Notes under the pieces: generated by a model
Databases searched by the model: none
What the model was told of the DNA's origin: nothing
Seen by the model: the letters and a program-made list of their open reading frames with translations, nothing else
Origin: Octopus sinensis
Lineage: Eukaryota
DNA: 64,000 nt
Assembly: GCF_006345805.1 (NCBI RefSeq)
Contig: NC_043010.1
Coordinates: 39,618,001-39,682,000, forward strand
Direction of reading: 5' to 3'
Program-made: the position numbers and the translations under genes
Part shown: in pieces, positions 38,601 through 53,059 of the stretch
Layout of the letters: every line of letters begins with the position of its first letter
Numbering within the stretch: position 1 is the stretch's first letter

Positions 38601-38639
<39 letters not shown>

Positions 38640-39747
38640 CTATATATATACATACACCCGTAAATATATATATATACAGTTGTATATAGAATATGAAAGA
38701 TGGATAGAAATGGAGGGAAAGAAAGGGCGGAAGATAAGATTTATTTATAAATCAATAGTATGAAGGCAAATTAAACTATATTCTAAATTTTGGAAATTGT
38801 TTCACTCGAAATCAACATCATTTCCCACTGATGGTATTAGATGTACTACAATGGAAATGTCCATTTTTCAATTGGTTGGACGTATGTACATTTTAGTAAA
38901 TGGAAGCTATTATTCGTCCAATTTTCAGCTTTATTGTCTTTAGTACCTAATTGCGGTTTCTAATTTTAATTGAATTCAAGATGGCGTCCTTTTACATCTT
39001 CCTGTTTTCCCCTCTTTCTTTGTCATCAGATAGTTAATTCCTCCTCTGAAAACCCCAATATTCTTGCTGTCGTAGTTCATATAATGAACGGGAATAAAAA
39101 ATATATTATTTCTCATTTGTGTACGTCTAGGCTCTGATTAATAAAATGTACAAATATATATACTGACCGGAATTGAAACAAGTTATACAATCAAACGCGT
39201 TACAGATGACAATACGTTTTACTGTATGATGTCGTTCGGTTTGTACTCTAAAACAGATAAAATGTAATTGCGAATAAACGAAAACATTTTAAACGCAGTC
39301 GAAATATATATAATACAAAGCAAAATATATCAATGCACATACAATATTCAAAACAAAATTTATTCGTACACAGTTATTGTAGGAAAATATATTTATACAT
39401 TTTAAATGTCTTTCAATGCAACTTTTTCAACTTTAGACAAGAGGATGTTCGACACACTTTTTTCTGTGATTTGCATACGTGTGGCTAATGTATACGCTCA
39501 CACGCAGAGAGAGGGAGAGAGAGAGAGAGAGAGAGAGAGATGCACGGATAAAGAGAAAGTGAGGCAGAGAGGGAGAGAAAGAGAAGCAGTGAGAGAGAGA
39601 CGCTATGTTTGCTACCAACACGACGAATGTTTGGGGAAAGGTTTTAACGGGTAGGATGACATTCATCTAATTTTAACCCTCGGTAATTTGAACGCGTTTG
39701 GAAGTTACAAAGCGGTAAGGAGAATAGGCGGTGTGATGTGAATGTAG

Positions 39748-39784
<37 letters not shown>

Positions 39785-39962
39785 TTCTTCTACATAGAGA
39801 TATTTAATTTTATCAATCATTTTACTGCTGACATACTGGGAAATATCGGGTTGCTGTGATCAGGCTTCCAAAATGGCTTATCACGGCCACAATGTGGAGT
39901 TCTAACCAATAGAATATCAGGGATATATACATATATATATATATATATACATATGTATATAT

Positions 39963-39993
<31 letters not shown>

Positions 39994-40381
39994 CCATAGG
40001 TAAATTTTTGGGTAGAGATGTTTGGTATATTGTACGCGTTAGAATCTGGGCACAGGATTCTTGCTCATTCTAGCTTACTAAAAGATGACATAGAGGATGG
40101 ACTACGTCAGATATTATTTAAAAGAAAAAGAATAACATCCTGATAATGCAATATTTACGGGGTTAGTGAACAATACTCAATGAACAAAGGATAAAAAAGA
40201 AACTTAAAAATTATTTAACCGAGAAATTAAACACATTATAAATCAGATAGCTATAATTTTTAGTAACCAGCAGTAAACCGCTAGGAAGGTGTTCATGCTG
40301 CTAGATTTTTGTTACACACACACACGCACACACACATACACACAAACACACATATATAGTGGCGTACGTACAATTTGGTCT

Positions 40382-40423
<42 letters not shown>

Positions 40424-40454
40424 TAACATATATATATAAATATATATATATATA

Positions 40455-40640
40455 TTCTTTCTTTTATTCGTTTCAGTTATTTGACTATGGCCATGCTGAA
40501 GCAGCGCCTTTAGTCGAACACGTAGACGTCAGGACTTACTCTTTGTAAGCCTAGTACTTATTCTATTGGTCACTTAGGCCAAACTTCGAAGTTAAGTGGA
40601 CGTAAACACAGCAACATCGGTTGTCAAGCGGTGGTGGGGA
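40455..40640 (-). mobile_element. SINE family A, 3' half
   Basis: TTTCAGTTATTTGACTATGGCCATGCTGAAGCAGCGCCTTTAGTCGA..CATCGGTTGTCAAGCG. Confidence 0.8.
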
Positions 40641-40682
40641 GGCAAACACAGATGCACACACACACACACACACATGTGTATT

Positions 40683-40862
40683 GGCGATTTTTTTCCTCCG
40701 TCTTCCCTTCTTTGGATCATTCCTTTTGTTTCTGACGAAGATCTCCGCTCGAAACTTTCAACCTTCCTTCTTTCCTTCTTCCCTGAGAGTCCAATAATAT
40801 CATACTTGTTCCACGTCCTCGCGTTGTTGTGTTTTCTCTTTGTGGTTTCATGTTTGGATTAA
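40683..40862 (+). mobile_element. pLTR-like repeat with minimal hammerhead (sister of 61462-61646)
   Basis: GTTT-CTGACGA-AGATCTCCGCTC-GAAAC at 40728-40755; ~180-bp homology to 61462 copy. Confidence 0.7.
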
Positions 40863-40877
40863 CTATATATATATTTA

Positions 40878-40908
<31 letters not shown>

Positions 40909-40951
40909 GTGTGTATATGTACATGTATATATACATATACATATATATAAA

Positions 40952-40992
<41 letters not shown>

Positions 40993-41410
40993 TATATATA
41001 AAAATGAAAAGCGTTTTTACCGCTTGGATCGCTTTCAATGCCACTACATCCCGTCCGATTCGCTCCAAAATTTACAGGGACATGTAGAATGAGGTGCCGA
41101 TGCTTGTGGGCTACCTTAGAAATCCCTATCTTAAAAATCGTAAAAGGTGTGGTTGCTAGGGGCCATCTTCCTCACTCACGCTATTTCCTCCTTTCCCTCT
41201 CTTACTCCCCTTCACATATAACTTTGAGAATTCCACAACCGTTATTTAAAGTATCCGTCACTCTCGCTATTTCCTTTCTTTTTCACTGACTCTGTTTCCT
41301 ACCTTCCCATCTCTTCGGCGGCGTTTTTTTAAGTATCTGTCTGTCACCAACAACACACGACCATGAGAACAAATATTATGAATCAGATATTCTTGCGTTC
41401 ATTTATATAT

Positions 41411-41583
41411 GTGTGTGTGTGTGTTCTATATATAAATATGTATATATAATGTATGTGTGTGTGTGTGTGTGTTCTATATATAAATATGTATATATAATGT
41501 ATGTGTGTGTGTTCTATATATAAATATGTATATATAATGTATGTGTGTGTGTTCTATATATAAATATGTATATATAATGTATA
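41411..41583 (+). repeat. ~40-bp minisatellite, about 4 copies
   Basis: Unit (GT)nTCTATATATAAATATGTATATATAATGTAT. Confidence 0.9.
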
Positions 41584-41898
41584 TATACAAAGTGTATATA
41601 TCTGTATTTATGTATATTAAACTTTTTCATACTTTTTCACAGTTATATATATTTTTAAACAAATTATAAAATATAATTCAATAATTTTTATTTTCAATTT
41701 AAATAATTTAAATTTTTCAATTTTATATTTTATATATTTTCTATATTATATTTTTTTTATGATTTTGTTTTTGGTTTTTCACTGTTTGATTTGCCTATTC
41801 GTGGTTTTATCTCTAATTTAATTTATACATATATATATCTCATTTGTATACATTTGTATATATAATGCGTGCACACACACACACATATATATATATAT

Positions 41899-41962
<64 letters not shown>

Positions 41963-42776
41963 GTGTGCATTACGTAGTCGGTCGATTCAGCTGAAAATAT
42001 GCACACCTATGTTAAAAGTGCTGGCAAGTTTGCATGACAGCTATTTTTTTCCTCAAATGAAAGGCGTTACCTCTAGGACAAAATTCCTCATCTTATAAAA
42101 TGTGGCCCCAGTAGACCCGAATGAAATCGGGTTATATTAACCAAAATGTGAAAAGGGGTCTAAATGGGGCTGGAAGGGGATTAAAATTTAAAGGAGCGGG
42201 TGTTTAGGAATTCTCTGTTACATCAAACTAAAAAATTTGTGCCAGCCTTTTAATCGTCAATGTGTTGCCGTCTATGATAAAGAAGTTTTGAATGATTGCC
42301 ATGGTGAGTCTACTGTCGTGAGAAAGAATCACTTCAAAACTTGGTGTTTACGAATTTTCTTTTACATCAAGTTCAAAATTTTACGCCAGCCGTTAAACTG
42401 TCAATACGTTGTTGTCCGTCGTTAAGAAATGCCAGCCATCGTGACTCTACTATCCTCAGATTCTATCCCTTCAAACTTTGGTTTCCAATATTTTATTATT
42501 TTTATTCAGCTCGCAAGTTCATCTGTCCCTTTTAAATGTTAGCGTTTTGCTGTCTGCCTTGAAGCAGACCTTTCCGTTGCCACTGCCTGATATTTATGAT
42601 GGATCTTTCTAAATATTTTATTTCCCAACTTACTCAAGATCTTCTGTTGTTTACAAATTGGAGAGAGATAGATAAAGATAGAGAGTAAGATAAAGCGAGG
42701 GAGAGTCCGAGAGAAAAGAAAAGTAAGAAAGTGGGAAGTGAGAGAGAAAGGAGAGAGAAAAAAAGAGGGAGAATCA

Positions 42777-43010
42777 TCATCATTATCGTTTAACGTCCGT
42801 TTTCCGTGCTAGCACGGGTTAGACAGTGTGACCGGGGTCTGGGAAGCCAGGAGGCTGCACCAGGCTCCAGTCTGATATGGCAGTGTTCCTACAGGTGGAT
42901 GACCTTCCTAACGCCAACCACTCTGTGAGTGTAGTGGGTGCTTTTTTCGTGCCGCCGGTACAGGTGCCAGGGGTCTCGCAGCGGCAACGATCGGTTGGTG
43001 CTTTTTACGT
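42777..43010 (-). mobile_element. SINE/RTE-related element with (GAT)n tail
   Basis: Minus strand GGTTGGCGTTAGGAAGGTCATCCACCTGTAGG...CCCGTGCTAGCACGGAAAACGGACGTTAAACGATAATGATGA. Confidence 0.65.
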
Positions 43011-43049
43011 GCTGAAAGGAAGCAACAGAAAGTAACAACAGCACTATTA

Positions 43050-43082
43050 CCCGCGCGTAGAGCGGGTCACCTTCAGCTAGTA
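43050..43082 (+). mobile_element. Helitron-like 3' terminus
   Basis: ACCCGC-GCGTAGA-GCGGGT hairpin then CAGCTAGT. Confidence 0.55.
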
Positions 43083-43240
43083 TATATATATATATATATA
43101 TATACATATACAATTCCATCGTAAAAGGTGGTTATAAGTAATTAAAAACACACAAAACGTTAGATTCACTTCAACATTTAAATTTAATTTGCCAAAATAT
43201 TTTCGTTGCTTTGATCTGATCACTGGCATAATTCCGTGCT

Positions 43241-43277
<37 letters not shown>

Positions 43278-43282
43278 ATATA

Positions 43283-43313
<31 letters not shown>

Positions 43314-43356
43314 ATATATATGTATATATTCATAGTTACATATATATATATATATA

Positions 43357-43478
43357 TTTTATAGAAGGAGCTTCTACAGGACTAGAACTGTTTCATTCAA
43401 AAGAAATCATCAGGAAGCTTCCTGATGATTTCTTTTGAATGAAACAGTTCTAGTCCTGTAGAAGCTCCTTCTATAAAA
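43357..43478. repeat. Perfect 122-bp palindrome with CTGATGA..GAAAC core on both strands
   Basis: Centred on AAG|CTT at 43417/43418, no loop; adjoins (TA)n. Confidence 0.95.
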
Positions 43479-43553
43479 TAAATTAATTTACTATGTATTG
43501 AGTACCTTATTGACTGTGGTTAACCCCGACTCAACCCGGCACCTATATATATA

Positions 43554-43629
<76 letters not shown>

Positions 43630-44509
43630 CTGTGTGTGCGTATGTGCGTGTATTGTTATATTATACATATACATATTATTTTGTCGAATAATAAACATAT
43701 TTTCCTATATCTTGACTATATTTCAATTGTATATTCAACATATTTAAATACCAAAAGATGTTTAATGCCATGTACAAGAACAAATCATGCCTACAAGAAT
43801 GTTACTGTTGCTGATGCTTTTAAATATGTCTCTTTGTGTCTGAGGATGTAGGCGCATTCGGCACCAACACAACTTTTAAATAATGAGAACCTGAATCAAA
43901 TAGTTTTTAAATATTTACAATTCATACTGAAAGTGCTGAGTGCCATTTTCTATCCATTATAACTCGATCAGTAATATAGTATATGAATGTGTGTGTCTAT
44001 ATATGTAACTTTGTCGAGGTGTGTTCCTATGCGAAATGATGATTTAGCCATCAACTGTGGCTCGTTAATAAATTAGTCGTCATGAACTTGCATACCTACA
44101 TTCACAACAATATAACATATGAACACATATACACACGTATCACAACCGTTTATATCCGCCTATAGGCACTAAGAATAAATACATTCTTAAACTAGATCTG
44201 GATGTGTACCCATTCTTTCTTAAATCATCCAAAGTTGATATCCCTTCAGTTGTTAATCCTTTATCTGCTTTTGTGTTTATACGATATTTCTCTTTCTCAA
44301 TCTCTCTGCACTTCTATCATTTTACCTGTGATGAAGAAATTACGTCCGAAAAGTTAAAACACTTTCTATGTAAAAAGTTGATGTTTCATTTTTGAGATTT
44401 TGTTCTCGCCTTACTTTAATGCTTTTTCATGGTTATGTGATATATACTACACACGTGGTTAGAAGCTTCCTTCCCATAACACATCGTTCCGGGTTCAGTC
44501 ATACATATA

Positions 44510-44545
<36 letters not shown>

Positions 44546-45924
44546 TGTATGTATGTATGTACACACAGACACATGTATATATATGCAAGCCACTTGCTAT
44601 GGTCGTTACAGGAAAGACATATTTACTTTCTCGTCAAGTAATTTGGTCTTTTCTATTTTCGGGGCCGTCGATAAATAGAAGAGCTTAATATTTTCGTTTC
44701 GTTCTGTACACGTCTGTGTTGTTTAATACCCGGTATTTCCTTTGTGTCGTAGATTTGCTCCCCATTACTCTGGTTCACTCAGATCACTTAATACATGACA
44801 GTGTTTGTGGACATTCGTTAATTAAATTATAAAGCATAACTAAATTTACTTTACATGTGTCAGCTTACACCTCAAAAACACGCAGACAAATACACACACA
44901 TCGATACACCCCGGAGTGAGTACACTCATACACACTCCTATGCATAATTATTTTTTCATTATTCATACGATTACAATTTCTTTGATGTACAAATTTGTTA
45001 TTATATAGATCGAACAAATGTTATTATATGCATCGAACACTCACTTCTACAAAAAAGCACAGGCACTGGTTTTATTTCACTTCTGTTTTGTAATCACTTA
45101 ATTAAACTGTTAATTAATTAATGTACAAAATATCAATTAACTAATCGTTTCATTTATTCAGTCAAACTCTTGTTTTCATATGAAGTGTTTGCAGTACATG
45201 TTTATTATTTTTCCCTCACTTCACGTTAGCCTTCGCTCACACCGATTTTGTTGTAGTTTACCATATTTTATGCGTATTGAGAATGAATGTACAACCATTG
45301 CCGTTTAATTCAGATCATTTCTTTCCACATAGACACACATACACACACACACACACACACACAAGCACGCGCACAAACACAAACATGTGCTAGTGATCAT
45401 GAGATTTAAACTTAGTCTCCGATATTTTTACAAGGAATCATTCCACAATGTAAAGAAAAGCTATACAAGAGATCCACTTGAGTAGGTTCAGAGGCAATTA
45501 CGCGCATAAACAAGTTAGATACATCAAATATATCAAATATACTAAATATTATAAATATATTAGTTTGGGCATGAAATAGAAAAGATGTATATACATATAC
45601 ATGCAAAACGAGAGAAAGCGAAAGGTGGAAACTTTCAAATGATGAATTTTAAATCAAAATATGTAGATATTTATATTAATAGGTGCAGCTCACACTGAGT
45701 ACAAACGATAGACAAAATTAGATTGTTGTAAGAAAGATGTTATCACTCCAACATCTGTTTCTGGGTTATAGGCGATGCATGATAATCTTGGTACATTTAG
45801 TTTGTCACAATATTCCGCCGTATAGATGCAATTAACATTGAAAAAGACGTGCCGTCGTGATCGGGGTAGAGAGGAGCAGACTTTTCAGATCTTAATGCAG
45901 ATAAGTTCAAATATAGAATCTTTG

Positions 45925-46035
45925 AAATAAAGTGTCTTGCTCAAGGACACAATGCGTTGCCGGGAATTGAAATGAGCTCACAACCTTACAACCTCGAGCC
46001 GAATGTCCCTGACCACTAAGCCACGCTCCTTCACT
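45925..46035 (-). mobile_element. SINE family C variant, 5' part
   Basis: TGAAATAAAGTGTCTTGCTCAAGGACACAA..ACCACTAAGCCACGCTCCTTCAC. Confidence 0.75.
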
Positions 46036-46197
46036 ATATACATATATAACATACACACATGCATATGTATATATATATATATATATAATATATATATATA
46101 TATATAATATATATATGTATATATATATGTGTGTGTGCATATATATATGCGGATAGATGGATACAGATAGGTAGATAGATAGATAGTCAGGCAGACA

Positions 46198-46239
<42 letters not shown>

Positions 46240-46480
46240 CATATTTTCAAGAAGATTTGAAAATGCAATTTGAAAGATGTTTATTCACTTCACTTGACAG
46301 GTTTCCCTTTTTAGAAAAAGATTGTCAAAAGTAAAATGTAAAGCTTTGTTGTGTTAAGTACTGGTCGTCACAAAAGTATTCAAATACATATATAATTTTT
46401 TGATAATAATAAGAAAATGTTAAAGACAGTTTACAAGAAAGTATTTAAGAAAGTATTCAACAAAAGGTATTAGGAGATCA

Positions 46481-46708
46481 ATAAAAATCATGTTTGTTTT
46501 GTAGTATACACAGGAGATATATTTAAGAATTTACAAAATGTTGGAGAGGAACCGACCTGTCTCTTTGGCATTTGTTGGAGACCGAAAAATGCCAAAGACA
46601 TAGGTCGATTCCTCTCCAATTTTTTGTATATTCTTAAATATATCTCCATCTATGTATATATACACACACACACACATATATATATACTACCAAGCAAACA
46701 TGATTTTT
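46481..46708. repeat. Imperfect ~228-bp hairpin
   Basis: TAAAAATCATGTTTG / CAAACATGATTTTTA outer and GGAGATATATTTAAGAAT..TTGGAGAGGAA.CGACCT inner complementarity. Confidence 0.75.
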
Positions 46709-46710
46709 AT

Positions 46711-46752
<42 letters not shown>

Positions 46753-49063
46753 ATGACAAAGACAAAAATAAATAGCATTTTATTCATTATTCATATTTGT
46801 TAATTCTCTTCAAATGTTTCTATCAAAATCCATCGAGATGAAAATCAAAGTTATATATTTGCTACGAAGTTAGATATGAAAGTAACTGTGCAGCAACAAA
46901 GTTTTAAAAATAAACATTTAAGTCTTAAATGCGAAATAGTGTCGTTCATATTTAATTGCGGGAACAATATTCCAGAAGTGAGATGCTCGCAGCTGTAAAG
47001 CTGATTGAGCGATAAAAATTTGAGAGATAACTCATCGCTAGAAATTTAAATATACGTAGATTTCATTACCATCTATTGTGCTATTATTCCCCATTCATCT
47101 ATAAAATACATGTAAATGACAGTGATAAAACGACTTCCCTCCATTTTCACCAGCGTACGCTCATTTACTGCTAATCAAACCTTCAGAAATGTCCGTTTAC
47201 TTTCTGTTTGTCTAGGTACAATAGAAGTGATATTAAATCAGAAGATATTTTATTTGTTATTAATAATATTTATTAGTTGGGGTGGTTTAGTTGTATGTAT
47301 GAGCTGAGTTAGTCTGATGCGAATCTTCACAATATTCTCCAAAACATTACTCTCAATGAGATATCATAGTTTATGTGAAAATAATGGTATCGTAGTCGCT
47401 TTTGGCTATGGAGCCTGAGGGATTTAAATTTTATAAATATCTTATAGTGTGCCCGAACAACCTGCATATTCTCTAACACTTAGCATCTGAAGAAGACATA
47501 AATTTTATTAGACATTTGAATGGAAATATGCATTAGGAGGGAAAATTACTTTCTCTAAACACAATACGGAATGTGATATCTTACATCGAATTAATTTATC
47601 GTTATATTCTGAAAACATTTCTGAATGTAATCATTTGGAATTTTTTCAGGTATAATTTAAGCATTTAAATTGTGCTCTTGGTCTTTTATTTTAAAACGTC
47701 GTTGAAAATTATTTACCATAAAATAAGAATGCACGCAATAATTTAATATCCTATTATTAAAACGGAAAATGATGGGAATTTAATTAGAGTCTGCTGCAAG
47801 GATTTTGCAGTAAACAGAACTAGGAGGTAGGGTTTTATTTCCTACATTTATGCTCGGCTGCAAATATGTATGAAGAGGAATCATGAGAAACGTGAGGGAA
47901 ATGATGGAACAAGTATCAATGGTAAAATTTAAAATTAGAATATTTAGGTAAAAATAATACGAAAGAGACATTAAATACAAGTGGTCGCTTGGCTTGCATG
48001 AGGTGCCACACCTTTCACAAATTTCATAGTATTTATTTCTAAATTGGGTCGTTTTTTATTATACATAAACGCAACCATTACAGTAAAAAATGAATTGTGT
48101 TTCTGCTGACAACCTCTGATTAATTGGATTATTGCTTGATCAGTGATCACCTGTATTATAACAGCACTATCTACGGTAAAGGACAAGGAAACATATATGA
48201 AGTAGCTCAACTTATTAGAATCAGCAACCACATCTCCTTCGTGTCACACCTTAGAAATATGAACGAGGCGAATTTGTCACTAGGTACACTATAACTTGAA
48301 AATATTCACAGTAATAACTGCTCTGGGGCTCCTTACAACAGTGACCCACTTATCATGATACATCAGCCCTTTCATGTTCTTTCACTTTGCTATTTCCTGC
48401 AAACTTATCAAAAGAGTACCGAAGAGCTCCGAGATATAGGAAACAAATCTATTTGACAATACCTCTTATCATCTTTCAAAATAATGAATTAAAGAAATAT
48501 TTTCAGTTAAATGTGCACTGACACTGAACCTACGAAAAAGGTATGAAGGTTGTTGCTGGAATGTCTACGATCGTTAATATTTATTGAAAGTGACCTAACG
48601 CTTTACAAAATTGTCAGAAATTAATTTTTAAAATATATTCCTTTATAGCTAAACATTTATTTTTTAAAAACTTTTGAAATGAAGCTAAGACACTTTGTTG
48701 CCCTTTTCCTACATTATCTGGTCGGAAGATTTGTACCAGTTTTAACTTTATACAATGTTATTCCTGCTATAGTTTACTGGATTAAAGTTATAAAATGTTG
48801 GAGTTTCGAGATGTGTTAAAAGAAATGAGATCTTGAGTTCCGAAAATTTATTTTTCCTTGTTTAATTATTAATTAATTATATTCAATACATACATACATA
48901 CATACATACATACATACATACATACATACATACCTACATACATACATACTACATACATACATACATACATACATACATACATACATTCATACGTACGTAC
49001 ATACATGCATATATACATACGCACACACAGACACGGACACACTCACAAGCACACAATATATAT

Positions 49064-49330
49064 ATGGATAGATGCATAAATATATATTATGTATAATATA
49101 TATATTATATATATATTGTATTATATCATATATTACACACACATGTATATATATATGGGTAGATAGAAACATACGTGTATATCATATTATATATATGGAT
49201 AGATGCATAAATATATATTATGTATAATATATATATTATATATATATTGTATTATATCATATATTACACACACATGTATATATATGGGTAGATAGAAACA
49301 TACGTGTATATCATATTATATATATGGATA
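49064..49330 (+). repeat. ~130-bp local tandem duplication
   Basis: GGATAGATGCATAAATATATATTATG..GGGTAGATAGAAACATACGTGTATATC occurs twice. Confidence 0.9.
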
Positions 49331-49352
49331 GATAGACAGATACATACATATA

Positions 49353-49410
<58 letters not shown>

Positions 49411-49911
49411 CGATGCAGGTGTGTATAAGTATATATGTATGTAAACAAGTTAAGACACTCTCCGTTGCCCAGACAAATGATTAATTACTTGTTTTGTGTA
49501 ATAATGTTAAAAGAAATCCAAATTCAGTAATACAATTTCCGCAACCATTTGAAATTTTAATCACATTTACGTCTAACAATAATGAAGTATTAGAAAACAT
49601 AAATATTATTGTTTATGTCATAAACGAATTTAAAATATTATTTTCTTAAATGTGGAATTAGTTAAATAAATTAAAGAATAGCGTCTTGTATTTCTCCACA
49701 AAATCTAGTTTAATAAAATGGCTATTTTGGTATTCAAATTAGCACATATTTCTCTTCCAATTTTCCAAAACAATGAGAGTTTTCTTTTCAATTTTTCTAT
49801 ATTCTAAAATACCAAATAATTCGAAAATATTAAGCGTTCTGTAACCAGAGCGCAGATTATCGTTCTAATACTGTATAGTTCCAGGCATACCAAGCATTAT
49901 TTTTAGTTTTA

Positions 49912-51125
49912 TCAGGTCATCCCATAAGTTCTGTCCGATTTTACCTTTTTTTTTAAATTGAATGAAATTTAATTGTATTTTAGAATGTCTAATGGAATGA
50001 AAAATTAATTTTATACATTTGTCTACATTTAATTTCATTGAATATCATTTTACAGAATAATAGCATTAGAATTTCTTTGATTAAAACCCTTTTTAAGATG
50101 GAGGTATCCAAAGAGCATTTGAAGCACATAATGCATTATGAGTGCAAAAAAGGAAACTCTTCAGTCGACGCGACTCCAAGCATACGCTTAGTTTGTGGGA
50201 AAGAATGCTTGAATGAAAGAACTTGCAGAAGATAGTTTGCAAAATTCAGAATTGGAGATTTCAGCCTTGAAGGTGAAAATCGGACAGGATGTCCACCTGA
50301 GTTTCATGATAAGTTCCTTGAAGAAAATCTTACATTATCAGTTGAAGAAACCATAAAACTGTTCCTAAACTTGGAAAATGGGTGCCTCATGAATTGTCCG
50401 AAAGCAACCACAAATCCCAAGTTGACATCTGCTCTTCTTTTCATTCATGCGAACTCATTTCACCCTTTTTGGATAGGCTTCTGACTGGTAAAGAAAAATG
50501 GATCTTTTATCAAAATGTTAAACGTCGTAAACTGGCTTAGTAAAAGGGAAAAAATCTCAACCACAACCGTTTAAGGGAACTTAATGGGAAAAGGTTCAGC
50601 ACTCTATCTGGTGGGATTGCAAAGGTGTAATTCACTTTTAATTGTTACCACCTAATGCCACATTTAATGCTCAAGTCTACTGTCAGCAATTAGAGCGTCT
50701 GAACCAAGCTTTGAAAAAAAGAAAGACCCGCTTTAGTGAATCGAAAAGGAGTTATGCTTCATCAGGACAATGCGCGACTTCACACTCCAAAAGTCACATC
50801 ACAGAAGATCGAAGAGCTTGGTTGGGAAGAAATTCCTCCTCCACGAACTGTCTCGTTCACACTACCTTTTGTTTTGTAGTTTAAAGAATCATTTGGGGGA
50901 CATAACTTTCGCAAGTAAGGCGAAGGTCGAAACTGACATTTCAATGTGCTTCGCTTTGAAACCAAAAAGTTTTACATTGATGAGATTAAAGATTTTGTAG
51001 ATAGATAGAGGGAAGTCATAGATAATCAGGGAAAGTACATTGATGCTTAAATTTCAATTAAATATAATATTTGATCACTTGTTTTCTTTATTCAAAATTC
51101 GGACAGAACTTATGGAATGACCAGA
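49912..51125 (+). mobile_element. Mariner transposon, TIR-to-TIR, decayed
   Basis: ~31-bp TIRs TCAGGTCATCCCATAAGTTCTGTCCGA / TCGGACAGAACTTATGGAATGACCAGA with TA on both sides. Confidence 0.92.
50098..51049 (+). pseudogene. Mariner transposase pseudogene
   Basis: MEVSKEHLKHIM..ERTCRR*FAKF, GKWVPHEL, LLTGKEKWIFY, LHQDNAR, IEELGWE, NQGKYID; many stops and frameshifts. Confidence 0.9.
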
Positions 51126-52796
51126 TATAATCAAATTAAATGAACCCGAGGTGCATTTATATGCGCTTGTAAACTTCAGTGGAATCAACCGCTTTGAAAT
51201 CCAGTCTATAACGATGCGCGTTCATTGAAATTATGGAACATTAACGTCGAGACTTATAAAAAATCTTTGACTTTCTGAATTTGTTTCACGCCCCATGCTT
51301 TTAGATCTTCACAGTAAAAGCATGATGATCTTCCGCATAATCAGTCACCTAACCATAGATGTTACCCATCGTGAACTAAAAACATCCGAAATTCCAGTTA
51401 TTTCGGCAGTAGTTTTTGTTTAATTTGTAAATGATTTTTATTACACTGGTACAAAAAAAATTTGAAATGATGTATCTCATAGATTTCACTTACCACATTA
51501 ACACAAAAGAAATGCCAAATAATAACTTCTGGAAAAGTTTTTGAATTACACATGGCAGCTCTAGCATTTCGTCGATACGTAATATTCTCAATGTCAGAAC
51601 AAATTACAATCAAATTTTATATCAAAAATTATATATCCTTTAACACAGCATTAACAATATTCGTTATAACGAAGTATAGATTGTTTCTGCTATTATAGCT
51701 TTTAATTCTACTAAATAAACATTTTGGAGAACAATCGTCTAGTTCACGTTAGAAATATTAGAAGCAGATTTCTTGAAGCTTAATGAAGCCTCATTAATTG
51801 TAATACATATTTTTATGAGCTGTGGGAAGCTTTATAGAAAATTTCATTTAATTGGCCAGTCATCAATAGGCTGCGCAACAAAGATTATAAGAAAAAGCGA
51901 AATTCAAACGTTTTGATAAAGAAATTCCATTTTTAATTTAGATTCCTGCTTCGCCCACTGCTTGACAACGATTGTTTATTTTTACTAAGCTATAAAGCAA
52001 TAAACAAATTCTTATTGCTTAGAGTACAATAGTTTTTCATTAATTTTAACAGAAGCTCAAATGAGATTCCTGTTTCCATTCATGTTAATAAATTAAGTCT
52101 GAGATTCAAATTTTTTTTTTATAACAACTTACATGTGTCTCACCAAAATATGAAGGAAAAATTTTTCGAAGAAGCTCAAATATGATTAAAGTGGTCAAAT
52201 ACGAAAGGGAATGTGACCGTGTAATCGGAAAAAAAATCATGTGTACGATGTACTTATTATCAACGAAAATTCAAAGTCTCCGATCCATAGCATTACAGTT
52301 GTAATACCAATGCACCCGCTAGTTGACGAGTCGATTTAAATTCTGTTTTCTTTTCAGGTAAACTGCATATTTTTACAATGAAATAATGCAAGTTCTCATT
52401 TTACACAGTCAATCTATCGCATTTATTTTTAAAGATAATATTATGCTTGCTCATTATTCTAACAACTGGACATTACATTAAAACTTTTTTAATCATGAAA
52501 TATTTCTTCCATTGCTGTTGAAGACATATTTTGCAACAAGTTACCATTTTCAGCATTGAACTTTAACTTTAATACTTTATTGGATAACTAATCACTCCTA
52601 CTCGTACGACTTTTCACTCTGAGTGTTTAATTATACAATATTAATGTATATGGCAGAATTCGAAGCAATGATAGTTTGCGTCTGTGAATATGATTTTTGG
52701 AATATTAGTGGTCTATATGTTGTGAGAAGTGTATTTATACTATTGCGCTGGGGTGAAAACTGCAGGAAAACTTTCAGTGGACGTCTTATTTTGGCC

Positions 52797-52830
<34 letters not shown>

Positions 52831-53059
52831 AGAAAGAGAGCGAGAGAGGGGAGGGGCAGGGAGAAAGAAAGAGAGAGATAGGAACGGTTTAACAAGATGG
52901 CTGAAACGTCAGTATGGCAAAGGAGTAGGAAGGTAGCTATACTCGGACTTTAAGCAAGCGAACAACAAAAGAACAGTTGAAAGGGGAGTATAATAACTAA
53001 TAAGCAGGACAAAGAGGCAGACATGTGTATAAGTACAAAATCAGTCAATGAAAATCGAG

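Noticed and set aside
41411-41583. Regular repeat array
   Set aside because: No unique spacers; a minisatellite, not CRISPR
47971-48470. VIIQVITDQA/KRPNL (hAT-like, minus) and IYGKGQGN (RT-like, plus)
   Set aside because: Mutually exclusive readings with wrong spacing or missing partner motifs
52340-52365. TTTTCAG|GTAAAC recursive-splice-like site
   Set aside because: Expected by chance in AT-rich DNA; no gene model
52800-52940. GA-rich tract then CAAGATGGCT as a possible first exon
   Set aside because: Weak donor, 12-codon peptide, no other support
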